From positions 2,967-66,966 of the forward strand of contig JBCDEZ010000001.1 in NCBI GenBank assembly GCA_039179045.1: DNA of 64,000 nucleotides. The letters are read 5' to 3'. Position numbers and translations under genes: made by a program. Shown piece after piece: positions 8,558-18,570 of this stretch; positions within the stretch are counted from its first letter, which is position 1; each line of letters begins with the position of its first letter. Under the pieces are notes generated by a model that was given only the letters and a program-made list of their open reading frames with translations, had not been told where the DNA came from and ran no database searches. Origin of the DNA: Chlamydiota bacterium (GTDB taxonomy: Bacteria > Chlamydiota > Chlamydiia > Chlamydiales > SM23-39).

Positions 8558-9850
8558 TCATCTCTTGCTTTTTGAGGTTACATTCGGCTTTTTGGGTGTG
8601 ATGCGAATTTTTTCTACAGCTCGTTCTGAGGACTCGAGCACCTCCAAACTGAAAGTATCGTGATGTAGGGACCAGCCCTTCAAAGGAATTGTCCCTGCGC
8701 GGTCAAAAATATATCCTCCCAAAGTTTCATATTCACTGCTTTGCGGGATCTCAATACCTATCTTTCCTGCGACATCGATTGTGCTCATTTTTGCATCCAC
8801 AACCCAAGATCCGTTCGGAAGTTTCCAGAATATTGCTTTTTCAGGCGCGTCGTACTCATCTTCGATTTCTCCTACGAGTTCTTCCAAGATGTCCTCAATG
8901 GTTACGATCCCCTCAGTGCCTCCATATTCGTTCACGATCACAGCGAAATGCAGCTGTTTGCTCCGAAACTCCTGCAAAAGAGACGAGATCTTTTTGCTCT
9001 CAGGAGCGTAGATCACAGGTTTCACTAAAGATTTTACAGGTTGGTTCAAGTTCTTTTTGGTGATATAGAGGTGGAATAGATCTTTGTAGAGCAGCACTCC
9101 GGTTACTTCATCGAGATTCTGTGCATAGACGGGTATCCGGCTGTAGCGCTCTTCTAGAAATAGTTCGGCTGCCTCTTGCAAAGATGTCGACTCATCGATG
9201 GCTGTAATGTCGATTCTAGGAATCATGATCTCTTTAGCTATCCGCTTTTTGAATGTAAAAAAAGCCAAAATCCATTTCTGATCGTTCGCCTCGAAGTGCG
9301 CACGATCGTCCGTTAATACCTTGTGAAAAAAAGTTTCCGTCTCAGGAGGGATGAAGGGGCTCGAGCGCCACTTTTCGATTCTTTGCTGCAAAAATACAAA
9401 AAATGCAATCAAAGGAGAGGCGATCCAAAGGAAAAAAAGGAGAAAAAAAAGAGCGCACTTACCCACTTTTTTGGGACTAGTAGTAGCGAGTGTGAGAGCC
9501 AAAAGATCGGCAAAAAAAAGGGAGAAAATCAGAATGCCGATGGCGAGCGCTCCCTGAAGAGCAAAACCTATTGGTAGGGTTGCAATGAGCCTTTTGCCAT
9601 ACTCGCAGGCAAAGATCGCGTAAAGGCATGTGAGGGTTTGTTGGAAAAAGCGGAGCATCTGAAAGAAGGACTCGTGCATCTTCTGAAAGAAAGATGGGGG
9701 TACAGTGAAGCGCAATACATGCATTTTTTTCCGGAATAGCTCTCGAGCATATTCATATCCCGCATAACGCAACGCACGCTGTAGCGCGCGTACAGCAAAC
9801 AGGAGCAATAGAAAAAAAAGACTACAAAAAAGGGGGTAAGAGATAGTCAT
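8558..9850 (-). CDS. CNNM/TlyC-family protein (DUF21 TM domain, CBS pair, CorC_HlyC domain)
   Basis: Multi-TM N-terminus, a central CBS-pair region (IMIPRIDITAI....RIPVY), and a C-terminal transporter-associated domain (GGYIFDRAGTIPLKG....VEKIRI). Confidence 0.85.
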   Translation of the reverse strand: MTISYPLFCSLFFLLLLFAVRALQRALRYAGYEYARELFRKKMHVLRFTVPPSFFQKMHESFFQMLRFFQQTLTCLYAIFACEYGKRLIATLPIGFALQGALAIGILIFSLFFADLLALTLATTSPKKVGKCALFFLLFFLWIASPLIAFFVFLQQRIEKWRSSPFIPPETETFFHKVLTDDRAHFEANDQKWILAFFTFKKRIAKEIMIPRIDITAIDESTSLQEAAELFLEERYSRIPVYAQNLDEVTGVLLYKDLFHLYITKKNLNQPVKSLVKPVIYAPESKKISSLLQEFRSKQLHFAVIVNEYGGTEGIVTIEDILEELVGEIEDEYDAPEKAIFWKLPNGSWVVDAKMSTIDVAGKIGIEIPQSSEYETLGGYIFDRAGTIPLKGWSLHHDTFSLEVLESSERAVEKIRITPKKPNVTSKSKR

Positions 9851-9904
9851 GTGGAGTAAAAAACGGCGCTAGAGAGATCTAGAATAGAAAGATCTGCGAT
9901 CATG

Positions 9905-10360
9905 TTACGGGTGCAGGCCAATGTTTTCTTGATGCAATTTATCTATACACACTTTTTCCTTTTCGCGCATCTTTTTGCGATCTTCTTGCTCAATATCATC
10001 GTAGCCTAGAAGATGCAAAAAAGCGTGCACCAGATACAAAAGGGCCTCTTCATACGGATCGATTTCGTGCTCTTTTGCGTAGCGCTTGGCAGTTTCTGTA
10101 GAAAGGAAAATTTCCCCTAAAAAACAGATGCCATCATCTCTTTGACCAGGAGCATCCAAAGGAAAGGAGATGCAATCGGTAGGGGAGGGATCTTGGAAAT
10201 AGAATTCGTGCATGAGAGAAATTTTACGATCATCGATCAGATGCACGGAGATCTCGTCGCAGTCGACAGACTCTGTTTCAATCAGGAAAGCAAGAGTTTG
10301 TTTTATCGATTCGTGCGCAATGGGTAGATGGGACTGCTCGTCCGCTATCAGGACATTCAT
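9905..10360 (-). CDS. ybeY: rRNA maturation endoribonuclease YbeY
   Basis: Conserved zinc motif HAFLHLLGYDD (H..LHL.GYDH) in a 151-aa ORF. Confidence 0.9.
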   Translation of the reverse strand: MNVLIADEQSHLPIAHESIKQTLAFLIETESVDCDEISVHLIDDRKISLMHEFYFQDPSPTDCISFPLDAPGQRDDGICFLGEIFLSTETAKRYAKEHEIDPYEEALLYLVHAFLHLLGYDDIEQEDRKKMREKEKVCIDKLHQENIGLHP

Positions 10361-10366
10361 CCAATC

Positions 10367-10525
10367 TTAGAGATGCGGAGTCTTCGGGAGGCCTGTTACC
10401 TTGGTATTTTTCCCTTCGGTCCATTTCCCAAGTTTTTTAAGAACATCGATCCGCTCAAATCTTTTGAGGACATTTCTTTTTTTGCCACCCTTGTTGGAGG
10501 CTCCGTAACTACGGTGTCTTGACAT
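10367..10525 (-). CDS. small basic protein (52 aa)
   Basis: An internal ATG at 10525 gives MSRHRSYGASNKGGKKRNVLKRFERIDVLKKLGKWTEGKNTKVTGLPKTPHL. From memory this resembles the conserved 'small basic protein' family (..RNVLKRFERi..Lkk.g.W......GLPKt). The longest ORF extends to 10591. Confidence 0.6.
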   Translation of the reverse strand: MSRHRSYGASNKGGKKRNVLKRFERIDVLKKLGKWTEGKNTKVTGLPKTPHL

Positions 10526-11156
10526 GGTATTCCTTAAGATTTTACTTGATTCTTGGAATGAAAGCAGCAGCGCCAGACTGCGATATCCCATTGATGTGCT
10601 CTTTAAAGCCTAGATCTAAAGCGTCTTTTTTGGGGCCCGTCTTCACATTCAAACAAATCTTTCTTTTTCTGGGAGACTGCGCTCTTCTTTCTTTCTGTTT
10701 GCTAAGTCTTGTCATAATCCAATCCAATTTCTCCCATTTTACGCAAGAATTGGGAAATAGCGCAAGAGCTTTCAAGATCTATGGATTCTCGAGCACTGCT
10801 GGAAAAAATATTGGTAGATCGAAAAGAATAAGATCTATATCCACCTCTCCAAATAAGGCTTTTCTTTTGGAAAAGGGCTATCGCCCTCTTAAGGGGATCG
10901 CCCCTGATCTCGACCCGTTCCAAGTCTGCGAGCTCTGCTGCAGTCAGGGCTTTGATGACGTTGATTGCAACTTAGCAATAGTTTCAAATGAGATAAATTG
11001 TTGAGGCCTTCCCAAAAGATCAAAATATCCTCTTAAGGTACACATTCTCGCTCTGGTTATTTGCGAGTAGTGCTGGGAATTCATAAGAAAATGCGAGAGT
11101 TAGTTCCTGAACATAAAGAATATTTTGAAAAACGCTGCTGTCTCGATCTTGGAGCA

Positions 11157-11570
11157 TTATGGTAGACCCATTTCTACTTCGTATCGTTGGCTGTGGTAGA
11201 CAGCGAATCGTTCTTTTGCGAGAGTTTCTGCTTTAGGACAAGTCGCATCTTCCAACTCGTAAATCACCTGGCAAGGAGCTTGCAAAGGGCAAGGTTGAGG
11301 ACAAAGGTTGACGACAAACCGCGCACCGTTTAGATTTTGCGCTTTTTGGGTGATGGCGATGCATTCTGTCGTTTCTTTGTGGACGACGGCATGAGGTAAA
11401 AATCCTTCAGAGGGCGCCTTCCAAAAAAGACCATCGAGAAAAAGAGCACTCTTTTCACTAGAAACATGGAGGAGAATGGACTCTTTTTTCTCGAAGTGTT
11501 TTCTTACAAGGTGCAAGACACAGTCGACTTTCTCTTTCGGGGAAGTAACGCGGAAAAATACCACACGCAT
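11157..11570 (-). CDS. holC: DNA polymerase III subunit chi
   Basis: LDGLFWKAPSEGFLPH and AKERFAVYHSQRYEV align with E. coli HolC LDEALWARPAESFVPH and ARERYKAYRVAGFNL. Size (137 aa) fits. Confidence 0.8.
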   Translation of the reverse strand: MRVVFFRVTSPKEKVDCVLHLVRKHFEKKESILLHVSSEKSALFLDGLFWKAPSEGFLPHAVVHKETTECIAITQKAQNLNGARFVVNLCPQPCPLQAPCQVIYELEDATCPKAETLAKERFAVYHSQRYEVEMGLP

Positions 11571-11573
11571 CTG

Positions 11574-12218
11574 TTACGATCTTTTTGAAGCATCAAATAC
11601 GTGAATGATACCACAAGAGACGGTAAACTTGACAGCGTCTTCGTTACTCATATGAACACGGGTTACCGAGGCTTTGGGCACCATCATCATGTATCCAGAA
11701 ATAGGGTGAGGTGCTGTAGGCACAAATACCGGAACGAGATCGGGGATTCTCCGAGCACACTCTTCGGGGATTGTGCCTGATAGAAAGCCGATGCAACCAC
11801 TTTTTTCTGAAGGAAAGGGCACCATAACGGGATACTGGAAGGCTGTTTTTTTCTTCCCCTCCTGCTCGAAAAGAGCCTTGGCGATCTCGGTTGCTACCTT
11901 GAAAACGGTTCGGAGGAAGGGGATTTTCGAGACGATTTTCTGCGCAATACTGATCAAAGAACGGAAGAAAAACTTCCGCGCTGCTGCTCCAATCAAGCAG
12001 GTGGCAGCTACGAGCCCTACAAGAATCACCAAGCGAGTCAAGAAAAGCGCGAAACCTTTGGGAACAGTAGGAGCATTGACTTCCACAAAAGAGAGCACCT
12101 GTGTTTGCAAAAGGTAAAGGAAGGGAGTAGTGAGAAAGTCGATAGCAAAGAGAAAAACGAGAATCGTCAAGATGAGGGGTAGCAGGGTGATGAGCCCTGT
12201 AAAGAACGTTTTTTTCAT
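11574..12218 (-). CDS. DUF502 membrane protein (paralog 1)
   Basis: Two N-terminal TM helices plus the DUF502 motif VFVPTAPHPISGYMMMVP. The ATG at 12218 overlaps the stop of the upstream paralog as ATGA. The longest ORF extends to 12260. Confidence 0.8.
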   Translation of the reverse strand: MKKTFFTGLITLLPLILTILVFLFAIDFLTTPFLYLLQTQVLSFVEVNAPTVPKGFALFLTRLVILVGLVAATCLIGAAARKFFFRSLISIAQKIVSKIPFLRTVFKVATEIAKALFEQEGKKKTAFQYPVMVPFPSEKSGCIGFLSGTIPEECARRIPDLVPVFVPTAPHPISGYMMMVPKASVTRVHMSNEDAVKFTVSCGIIHVFDASKRS

Positions 12219-12865
12219 AGGCTTTTCGCTCTTTGATCTTCGGGTATGATCACCCCGCACGATACAATGTATTTAATGGCCTCTTCTGTTGTCATGTCGA
12301 GAAAGATCAGGTCTTCTTTTTTGTACATGAGCAAAAAACCTGTGGTAGGGTTAGGCGTTGTGGGAACAAAGACAGAAATGAGGTGCGTGTTTTTTGCATC
12401 TTGGCAGGTCTTTGGAGAGTCTCTTGAGACAAGAGCAAGTGAATAGATATTGTCCGTTGGAAAAGGAGCCATCACTACTTGCTTGAACGAGTTTTTCTCA
12501 GAGGAGAAGAGAGTCTGGATGATATCTTGACTTGTTTTGTATACCTTGTTCACAAGGGGGATTTTGTGGAGCAGCTTGTCTGAATAGAGGAAAAAGAGAC
12601 GAAACACGAGGGAGCGTGCGATTAGGCCGAGCGCGAATGTGAGAAGAAATAAGGAGAAGAGGATCAGAATCTGGCTGCTATAGAGAAGGACTCGCTCTGA
12701 TTTGAGAAAAGCGATCTCTGAGCGATCAACACCTAAATAAGCGAACAGATCCTGAGTTAGCCCTATGAAAGGAGTTGTGAGGAAATTGACTGCAAAGCTA
12801 AAAACTGCAATCGTCACTGCGAGAGGAAGCAAGATAGCTAAGCCCGCTAGAAAATACCTTTTCAC
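12215..12865 (-). CDS. DUF502 membrane protein (paralog 2)
   Basis: VFVPTTPNPTTGFLLMY motif. A GTG at 12865 (VKRYFLAGL, preceded by AGGA) matches the MKKTFFTGL start of paralog 1. The longest ORF (TTG start) extends to 13024. Confidence 0.75.
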   Translation of the reverse strand: MKRYFLAGLAILLPLAVTIAVFSFAVNFLTTPFIGLTQDLFAYLGVDRSEIAFLKSERVLLYSSQILILFSLFLLTFALGLIARSLVFRLFFLYSDKLLHKIPLVNKVYKTSQDIIQTLFSSEKNSFKQVVMAPFPTDNIYSLALVSRDSPKTCQDAKNTHLISVFVPTTPNPTTGFLLMYKKEDLIFLDMTTEEAIKYIVSCGVIIPEDQRAKSL

Positions 12866-13273
12866 TCGATATCCTAAACCTACTAATTCGTATTGTGGCT
12901 TGCGGAGAAGATATTTATCAAGCAGTCTCTCTGGGGTTTGGTGAAAAGTGCGGGGAACTAGCTGCTCTACAACTTCTCCACTGGTCCGGCCATAAACGAT
13001 TGGCTCTACATACTCTAAGAGCAATCATACTCTTGGTTTCTTGCAGGGTCTACCAGGCACCTGCACGGTTGGGTCACGATGAGCGTGCCGGTGGACGCTT
13101 TCAATTTCTCTGGAATCAATTGGCAATTCTTTGTCCTGGGCGCCTTCGTAATCTAGTTGATCTGGGCGATTTTTCGGTATCGGTGGCAAGCTCCGACAGA
13201 TACGCGTTATTGATCTCAGGAGGTTCGAGATGCTAAGACAAGCTCTCGAGCATCTCTTCGTGCCGGTTTCGCT

Positions 13274-14078
13274 TCAAACATGCTTTTTGTTTTTTGATCC
13301 AGGCAGGCTATTTCCTTCTAGTATAGGCGGAAGCGATCTCCCCCAAGACACGCACACCGGTAGTAGATCTTCTTCTCGCCCGTTGCGCGTTCTCAAATAG
13401 CTATTTTCCGGCAACCTCCGTTGAATCGAACGCGCCTGCAAAATACCCCTCTTCTTTCTCTTGAGTGCGTGTTTTGCTACGGGTGGCATTCTTTCCAAAA
13501 TAGCTTTTTCATTTTGCGTTTGCCAGGGACATCATAAGCACTTTCCAAGATCGGCAACCTCATCACTGTTTTGAGCAATCACAATGTCTACTGCTTGTCT
13601 AAGAGCTCGTGGTTGCTGTTTGGCGATTTCTGCCTCGTACCTTTCCGTAATTTGTCGGATAGCACTCACCGGGACAACTAGGCCGTAGTGCTCTTGTAGT
13701 TTTCCCGCTACTTTCTGAAAGGTAATGTCTGTACCAAAATCGCTAATGGCTCCTTGCAACGCTCCTGAGCACCCATACGCTTGCAGATCGGCGCTTTCGC
13801 TGAACGGAAGAACTCGCATATCACCCTTTTCGGGTCGGTCCGCCTGTTCCGTTATGCTGATGTCTCCAAAGGCAATGCCAGCGGAGTTTTTCTACTATCC
13901 TTATATACCTGGGAGTGTGCATTTTCCAATTGAGCTTCTTGCTTCTGATTTTCCACCCAAGACTTTAGCGCTTCTCGATTCAAAGAGCGCCCCGTTTCGA
14001 TCAAGCAACCCTCTCGATACTCCTTAGTACAAACTCCAGAGATTTTTGCCTCGCTCCGGTACTTTTGACAAGAATCGT
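13274..14078 (-). pseudogene. frame-disrupted remnant, possibly of a transposase (ISKra4-like?)
   Basis: Three or more consecutive minus-strand open stretches lie in different frames: ..CTKEYREGCLIETGRSLNREALKSWVENQKQEAQ..ETSA*, then ..DITFQKVAGKLQEHYGLVVPVSAIRQITERYEAEIAKQQ..*, then a 74-aa stub. The middle piece resembles the N-terminal region of ISKra4-type transposases as I recall them. Confidence 0.35.
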
Positions 14079-14258
14079 TCTATTTCTCCCCGCACTTTTC
14101 ATTGCACCTGAATTGGTAGTGGAATATTTTTCTTGCGCCCGAACGCACAAGAGAAGAAGATTGCGAGTTGGTGTATTTTTACAATGCGCAGAGACGCTCC
14201 TCTATTTTGAGAAAAGATTTGCAATCTCTTTGCCAGATCTTCTATATCGGAGTGAGTT

Positions 14259-15464
14259 ATGGACCGAAACACTCTACACAAATTTTTTATAGAGGTGTTT
14301 TCCAAAGAGCGCCTCTCAAAAAAAGAGGCTTCGCGCCTTTTGCGTTGCTCTGAGGTAGGAACCCTTTCTTTTTGGCGAGGTTTATCGCAAGAGAAGCCAC
14401 AAAAAGAGTATCTCTATCTTCTTGTTGAGGGTAGTTTGAGCGAGAACCGGAAAGAGGACTATTCCTCTTTGGGGGAACCTGTTTGGAAAAAGGGCGAGTT
14501 CTTAGCAGATCCTACTGAGGTATTTGCAAGTCTTGAGGGGAACGAGCTGTTTGAAAAAGAGCCCGTACAGATTGCGGAGATCGATCTCACTGCTTTGCAA
14601 GCCTCAGAAGAAGACTTGAGGCTCTATGGTAAGGTGTGGTGCCATGTTGCGGGAGCTTTCCGCGGAGATCTTCATTCTACCCGCTCTTTGCTGCAAGAGC
14701 TTTCCCAGGAAAAACTCGACGCGAAGCAAGCCTCTCAACACATCAGCACTGTAATTGTGCAGATTTTCGTACTCATGAGCATCTGGTTTGCAATTGCCAA
14801 CTTCATTGTGGAGGTGGGAGGTGCGCACTATTACCGGATATTTTTCAACCTGTTTACTCCGATAATGCTCTCTGCTTTTTCCGTAGCCGTTATTCTTTTG
14901 ATTGCGCGCTCTCACTACCCGCTAGAGTTTTACGGACTGACTTGGAAGCATGGGGGCAGGTGTGCTCTAGAGGGGATACTCTACTCCATTCCCGCTATCT
15001 TGTTTTTGACATTCTGCAAATGGCTGTTTGTGCGCTACAGCACGCTTTTTGCAGGTATGCCTCTTTTTCGAGTCGAGGTCGATGTGCGCAGAACTCTCCT
15101 TTGGGGTATCATCTACGCTTTTTTCACTCCCTTACAAGAGATCATCATCCGAGGAACAATCCAGAGCAGCTTTCGCAATTTCTTCCGAGGTAAATACCGC
15201 TCGGGGAAAGCCATTTTGGTTTCGAATTTGGTATTTCAGATGGTGCACGCGGTAAGAGGGTTTTACCTATCTCTTGCAAGTTTCCTTTTAGGTTTGTATT
15301 GGGGTCTACTCTTCGATCGGCAAAAATCGATCATTGGGGTGTCTGTTTCCCATTTTCTCTTGGGGCTTTGGGGCTTTTTCGTTCTGGAATTTGATACCAT
15401 TTTGCATCTGATCGATTTCGAGGAATACCAGCAATGTTTGCGCAACCAGGTCTACCCTTTTTGA
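14259..15464 (+). CDS. CPBP-family intramembrane glutamic protease (CAAX/Abi-like) with an N-terminal soluble domain of about 150 aa
   Basis: Multi-TM C-terminal half with CPBP-like motifs TPLQEIIIRG (EExxxR-like), FQMVHAVRG (FxxxH) and SHFLLGLWGF (Hxxx-type). Confidence 0.75.
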   Translation: MDRNTLHKFFIEVFSKERLSKKEASRLLRCSEVGTLSFWRGLSQEKPQKEYLYLLVEGSLSENRKEDYSSLGEPVWKKGEFLADPTEVFASLEGNELFEKEPVQIAEIDLTALQASEEDLRLYGKVWCHVAGAFRGDLHSTRSLLQELSQEKLDAKQASQHISTVIVQIFVLMSIWFAIANFIVEVGGAHYYRIFFNLFTPIMLSAFSVAVILLIARSHYPLEFYGLTWKHGGRCALEGILYSIPAILFLTFCKWLFVRYSTLFAGMPLFRVEVDVRRTLLWGIIYAFFTPLQEIIIRGTIQSSFRNFFRGKYRSGKAILVSNLVFQMVHAVRGFYLSLASFLLGLYWGLLFDRQKSIIGVSVSHFLLGLWGFFVLEFDTILHLIDFEEYQQCLRNQVYPF

Positions 15465-15615
15465 GAAGCTATAGTCATTTAAATTGGAAGTTCCTCGTAT
15501 TGCAGCGCCTCGAAGAAAGACGAAATCGACCATAGGCTTTCCGAAACATCAATCAAACGAGAAAATTTACAATAAACCAATGTAGAGAATCCTCCTTATA
15601 GGGAAAATAGCGCTT

Positions 15616-17544
15616 CTAAGGAGCTAGCGAAAACCGGATCTGCTCAAAAATGAGATCGATCTCTGCAATGCGGACTGCAATTTTCCCTCCCAGTGCGTAA
15701 AAGCACCCTGTTCTTTGGCCTAAAAGCCTCTCTGTTTTTGGATCGAATATGAAGTAATCTTTGTGCATTTGGGATACGTGCAAAGAGCCTTCTATAGCGT
15801 AACCTTCTACTTCAAAGAAGATCATATAAGGTCTGATACTGGTCAAAGTAGCAGAGTAAGAAGCTCGGGGATTCTGTTCGTATCTCTTCTGCAACAATCG
15901 GAGCTTTTTGAGGAAAAGCACCTGGTTTTCTGCTTTCATCGAGCGCCTTTCTTGGTCCGACAGGTGCTCTGCAATTTTCCCAAGAGCAGAGGGCGTGCTT
16001 TCTTGAAACAACATCCGTTGCACCAAAAGGTCCGCATACCTGCGGATGGGGCTTGTAAAGTGGGTATACTCTTCGAGGTGGAGTCCGTAGTGCCCAATAT
16101 TTTCCTCTGCGTAGTGCGCAAAGTTCATCGCTCTTATGAAGTGCAGCGAGAGTTGCGTTAAGTGTGGAGAGTTGGATGCCTCTTGAAATAGTGATTGCAA
16201 ATCTTGCCCCTCGGGAGAGTCGGGTAGGGAAAAACCGAAGCTCTGGGCAGTATGAGCGAAAGACCGAAGTGAATCTTCTTGGGGTTCTTGATGAATTCGG
16301 TAGAGGGCGGGATCACCCCTTTGAGAGAGCTCTTCTGCTACCAATTCGTTGGCTTTGAGCATGAACTCCTCGACCAGTTGGTGCGCGCTATCGTAGGGTT
16401 CCTGGACAATACCGGTAGGCTCTCCTTGGGCATCAACGAGGATGCTCGTCTCTTGTAAAGAAAAGTCGAGGCATCCCCTTGCAGCTCTTTGCTCTTTCAA
16501 AAGGCGCGCTAATCGAGCAAGGGCTCTTACATCTTCTTCTAAAGGGCCTGGATGATTTTCCTCGATACAAGAGAGGGCCTCTTGATAGGTCCAGCGCTTT
16601 TTGCTTTGAATGACACTGCGTACAATCTGTTTTTTCTCCAACACCCCTTTTTGATTGAACTCCATCAATACGGAGACGCTTAGACGCTCTACATCAGGTT
16701 GCAAACTACAAAGTCCGTTGGATAAAAACTCAGGCAGCATAGGAATGCAAATCCCGGGAAAGTAGGTCGAGTTGGCCCGCTTTTTCGCTTCTGCATCCAA
16801 TGCGGAATCTGGCTTGACGTAGTGAGCGGCATCTGCGATATGCACGCCTAAGTGGATATTCCCTCGTTCATCTATTTCAATCGATAGCGCGTCATCGAAA
16901 TCTTTGGCGGTAGGAGGGTCAATGGTCATGGCCTTCAGGTGAGTCAGATTGATCCGGTTCCGTTTTTCCTGTTCCGTTACGAAGGGGACTCGCTTTTCTA
17001 CTTCGTTGAGGCATTCTTTGGGAAAGACGCGCGCAATATTCTGCTGGAAGCAGGCGAATAAAGTGTCTGAGTTTGCTTCTTGCACGTGTCCGATTTTTTC
17101 TAGGAATGTGGCTGTGAATCCCCCTTTCTTTTTTCTCAAAGATACCAGGATCCTAGCTCCCAGAGAGAGGGGAGGCGCTCCTTTTTTTGCGAGGGTAACA
17201 AGAGCATCGCTGCCCAATGTGGGAAGATACAGATCGTAGTGCGTCTTTTCTACTTGTGTGACCAGACCAGGGAGATGGTTCTTTGTGCGTTCGACCACTT
17301 CCAAGACTTTTCCTTCGGGCCCCTTTGGGCTCTCTACTCGAGAAATTTCGATGGCGACAATATCTTCATCAATTGCATCCATGAGATGTTTTTTGGGAAT
17401 GAATACGTCTTTGCAAGCAGTCTCTTGGCTCTCGACACGTACAAACCCAAAGCCCTTAGGATGCACAAAGATCTTTCCCAATACCTTTTTCGGGGCAACT
17501 TCTGAACTAGTGATACGCTTTTTTCTGACCAAAGAACTCTTCAT
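15616..17544 (-). CDS. rnr: ribonuclease R
   Basis: N-terminal OB/cold-shock region (FVHPKGFGFV), RNB catalytic domain (TIDPPTAKDFDDALSI; HFTSPIRRYADLLVQR), and a C-terminal S1-like domain. Confidence 0.92.
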   Translation of the reverse strand: MKSSLVRKKRITSSEVAPKKVLGKIFVHPKGFGFVRVESQETACKDVFIPKKHLMDAIDEDIVAIEISRVESPKGPEGKVLEVVERTKNHLPGLVTQVEKTHYDLYLPTLGSDALVTLAKKGAPPLSLGARILVSLRKKKGGFTATFLEKIGHVQEANSDTLFACFQQNIARVFPKECLNEVEKRVPFVTEQEKRNRINLTHLKAMTIDPPTAKDFDDALSIEIDERGNIHLGVHIADAAHYVKPDSALDAEAKKRANSTYFPGICIPMLPEFLSNGLCSLQPDVERLSVSVLMEFNQKGVLEKKQIVRSVIQSKKRWTYQEALSCIEENHPGPLEEDVRALARLARLLKEQRAARGCLDFSLQETSILVDAQGEPTGIVQEPYDSAHQLVEEFMLKANELVAEELSQRGDPALYRIHQEPQEDSLRSFAHTAQSFGFSLPDSPEGQDLQSLFQEASNSPHLTQLSLHFIRAMNFAHYAEENIGHYGLHLEEYTHFTSPIRRYADLLVQRMLFQESTPSALGKIAEHLSDQERRSMKAENQVLFLKKLRLLQKRYEQNPRASYSATLTSIRPYMIFFEVEGYAIEGSLHVSQMHKDYFIFDPKTERLLGQRTGCFYALGGKIAVRIAEIDLIFEQIRFSLAP

Positions 17545-17775
17545 TTAAGCAAACAGGCGGACAACCTTGTGACCATTGTACCACAATTTCTTAGCAAAGC
17601 AACTACAGTTGCGATCTTCTTGGAAAAAGATAAGGAGAAGCGTTGCACTAGCATGTACGGGAATGCATCCGGTAGGGGAGCATAAGGTTGGGATGGCCTT
17701 CCTAGAAAATCGTTACTAGCTTTTAAAAGATTCTTCTGATTAAAATTTCTAGAAAAATTTTTATTTGAGCAACCT

Positions 17776-18570
17776 ATGACTACATTGCACATTTCGACGG
17801 AAAGAGATCCAGATCCCCGAAAAGAATTGAATGGGTATCTTCAATCTTTGCAAACTGCTACGATCGATACCACGAGTTCTTGGTGGGGACGAGATATTCA
17901 TGTTAAAAAAAGCACGCTTTCTTTAGACACAGTTATCGCGCAATTTTCGAATGTTGTTTTGACAAAAGAATTTTTCCGGCGCTTGCACAGCGATACTACT
18001 CCTATTGAGGAGGGTCTCGATGCGCGCTCTGTTGGATTGCAAATTTTGCAGCGATTCAAAGCTCTGCATCAAAATACCGAGACAAGCCGAGATATTGGTA
18101 TTTTTCAACACATCTTTCTCATATTTGCGAAGTTCTTTGTTAGCCTTTTCTATCCATCGGTAGATAGTCAAATTCAATATGCAGAAAAATTTTTCCGTAC
18201 TTTCCCTCCACACGCTTTCAATGCTTTCCCAAAAGATAACGCTGAGGGGCAAGCCCTGCTAGCTGAGTTGCAAATATGCAAAAGCTCCACAAGGACAGGC
18301 ACGCATTGTTATGTTTTGAGTAAGGAGCTTTTTGAGAAATGTTTAGAATATACAAAAAAGGAAAAAGCTCGCGATTCTGGCGATTCTACCTCTACCGTGG
18401 TTGAAGGGGAGACGGTTGGTGCAAGTATAACCAAGGGAAGTTTAGGGGATTCTCAGGATGATGATGATGCAGTACGCGGCCTGATGCCAGCTGTTGATCG
18501 TAAAGGAACGCGTAATTGTATGTTATACCCTAACAAGGAGACTTCAGCTGGGAGTAATTCTGACAGCTAG
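17776..18570 (+). CDS. hypothetical protein (no TM segment, acidic C-terminus)
   Basis: 264-aa ORF in an otherwise empty interval. No recognisable motif. Confidence 0.5.
   Translation: MTTLHISTERDPDPRKELNGYLQSLQTATIDTTSSWWGRDIHVKKSTLSLDTVIAQFSNVVLTKEFFRRLHSDTTPIEEGLDARSVGLQILQRFKALHQNTETSRDIGIFQHIFLIFAKFFVSLFYPSVDSQIQYAEKFFRTFPPHAFNAFPKDNAEGQALLAELQICKSSTRTGTHCYVLSKELFEKCLEYTKKEKARDSGDSTSTVVEGETVGASITKGSLGDSQDDDDAVRGLMPAVDRKGTRNCMLYPNKETSAGSNSDS

Noticed and set aside
10519-11004. 161-aa plus-strand ORF in the ybeY-holC gap.
   Set aside because: It has an implausible cysteine- and leucine-rich composition and no RBS, and it starts inside the small basic protein gene on the opposite strand. 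The interval is reported instead as a possible decayed locus.
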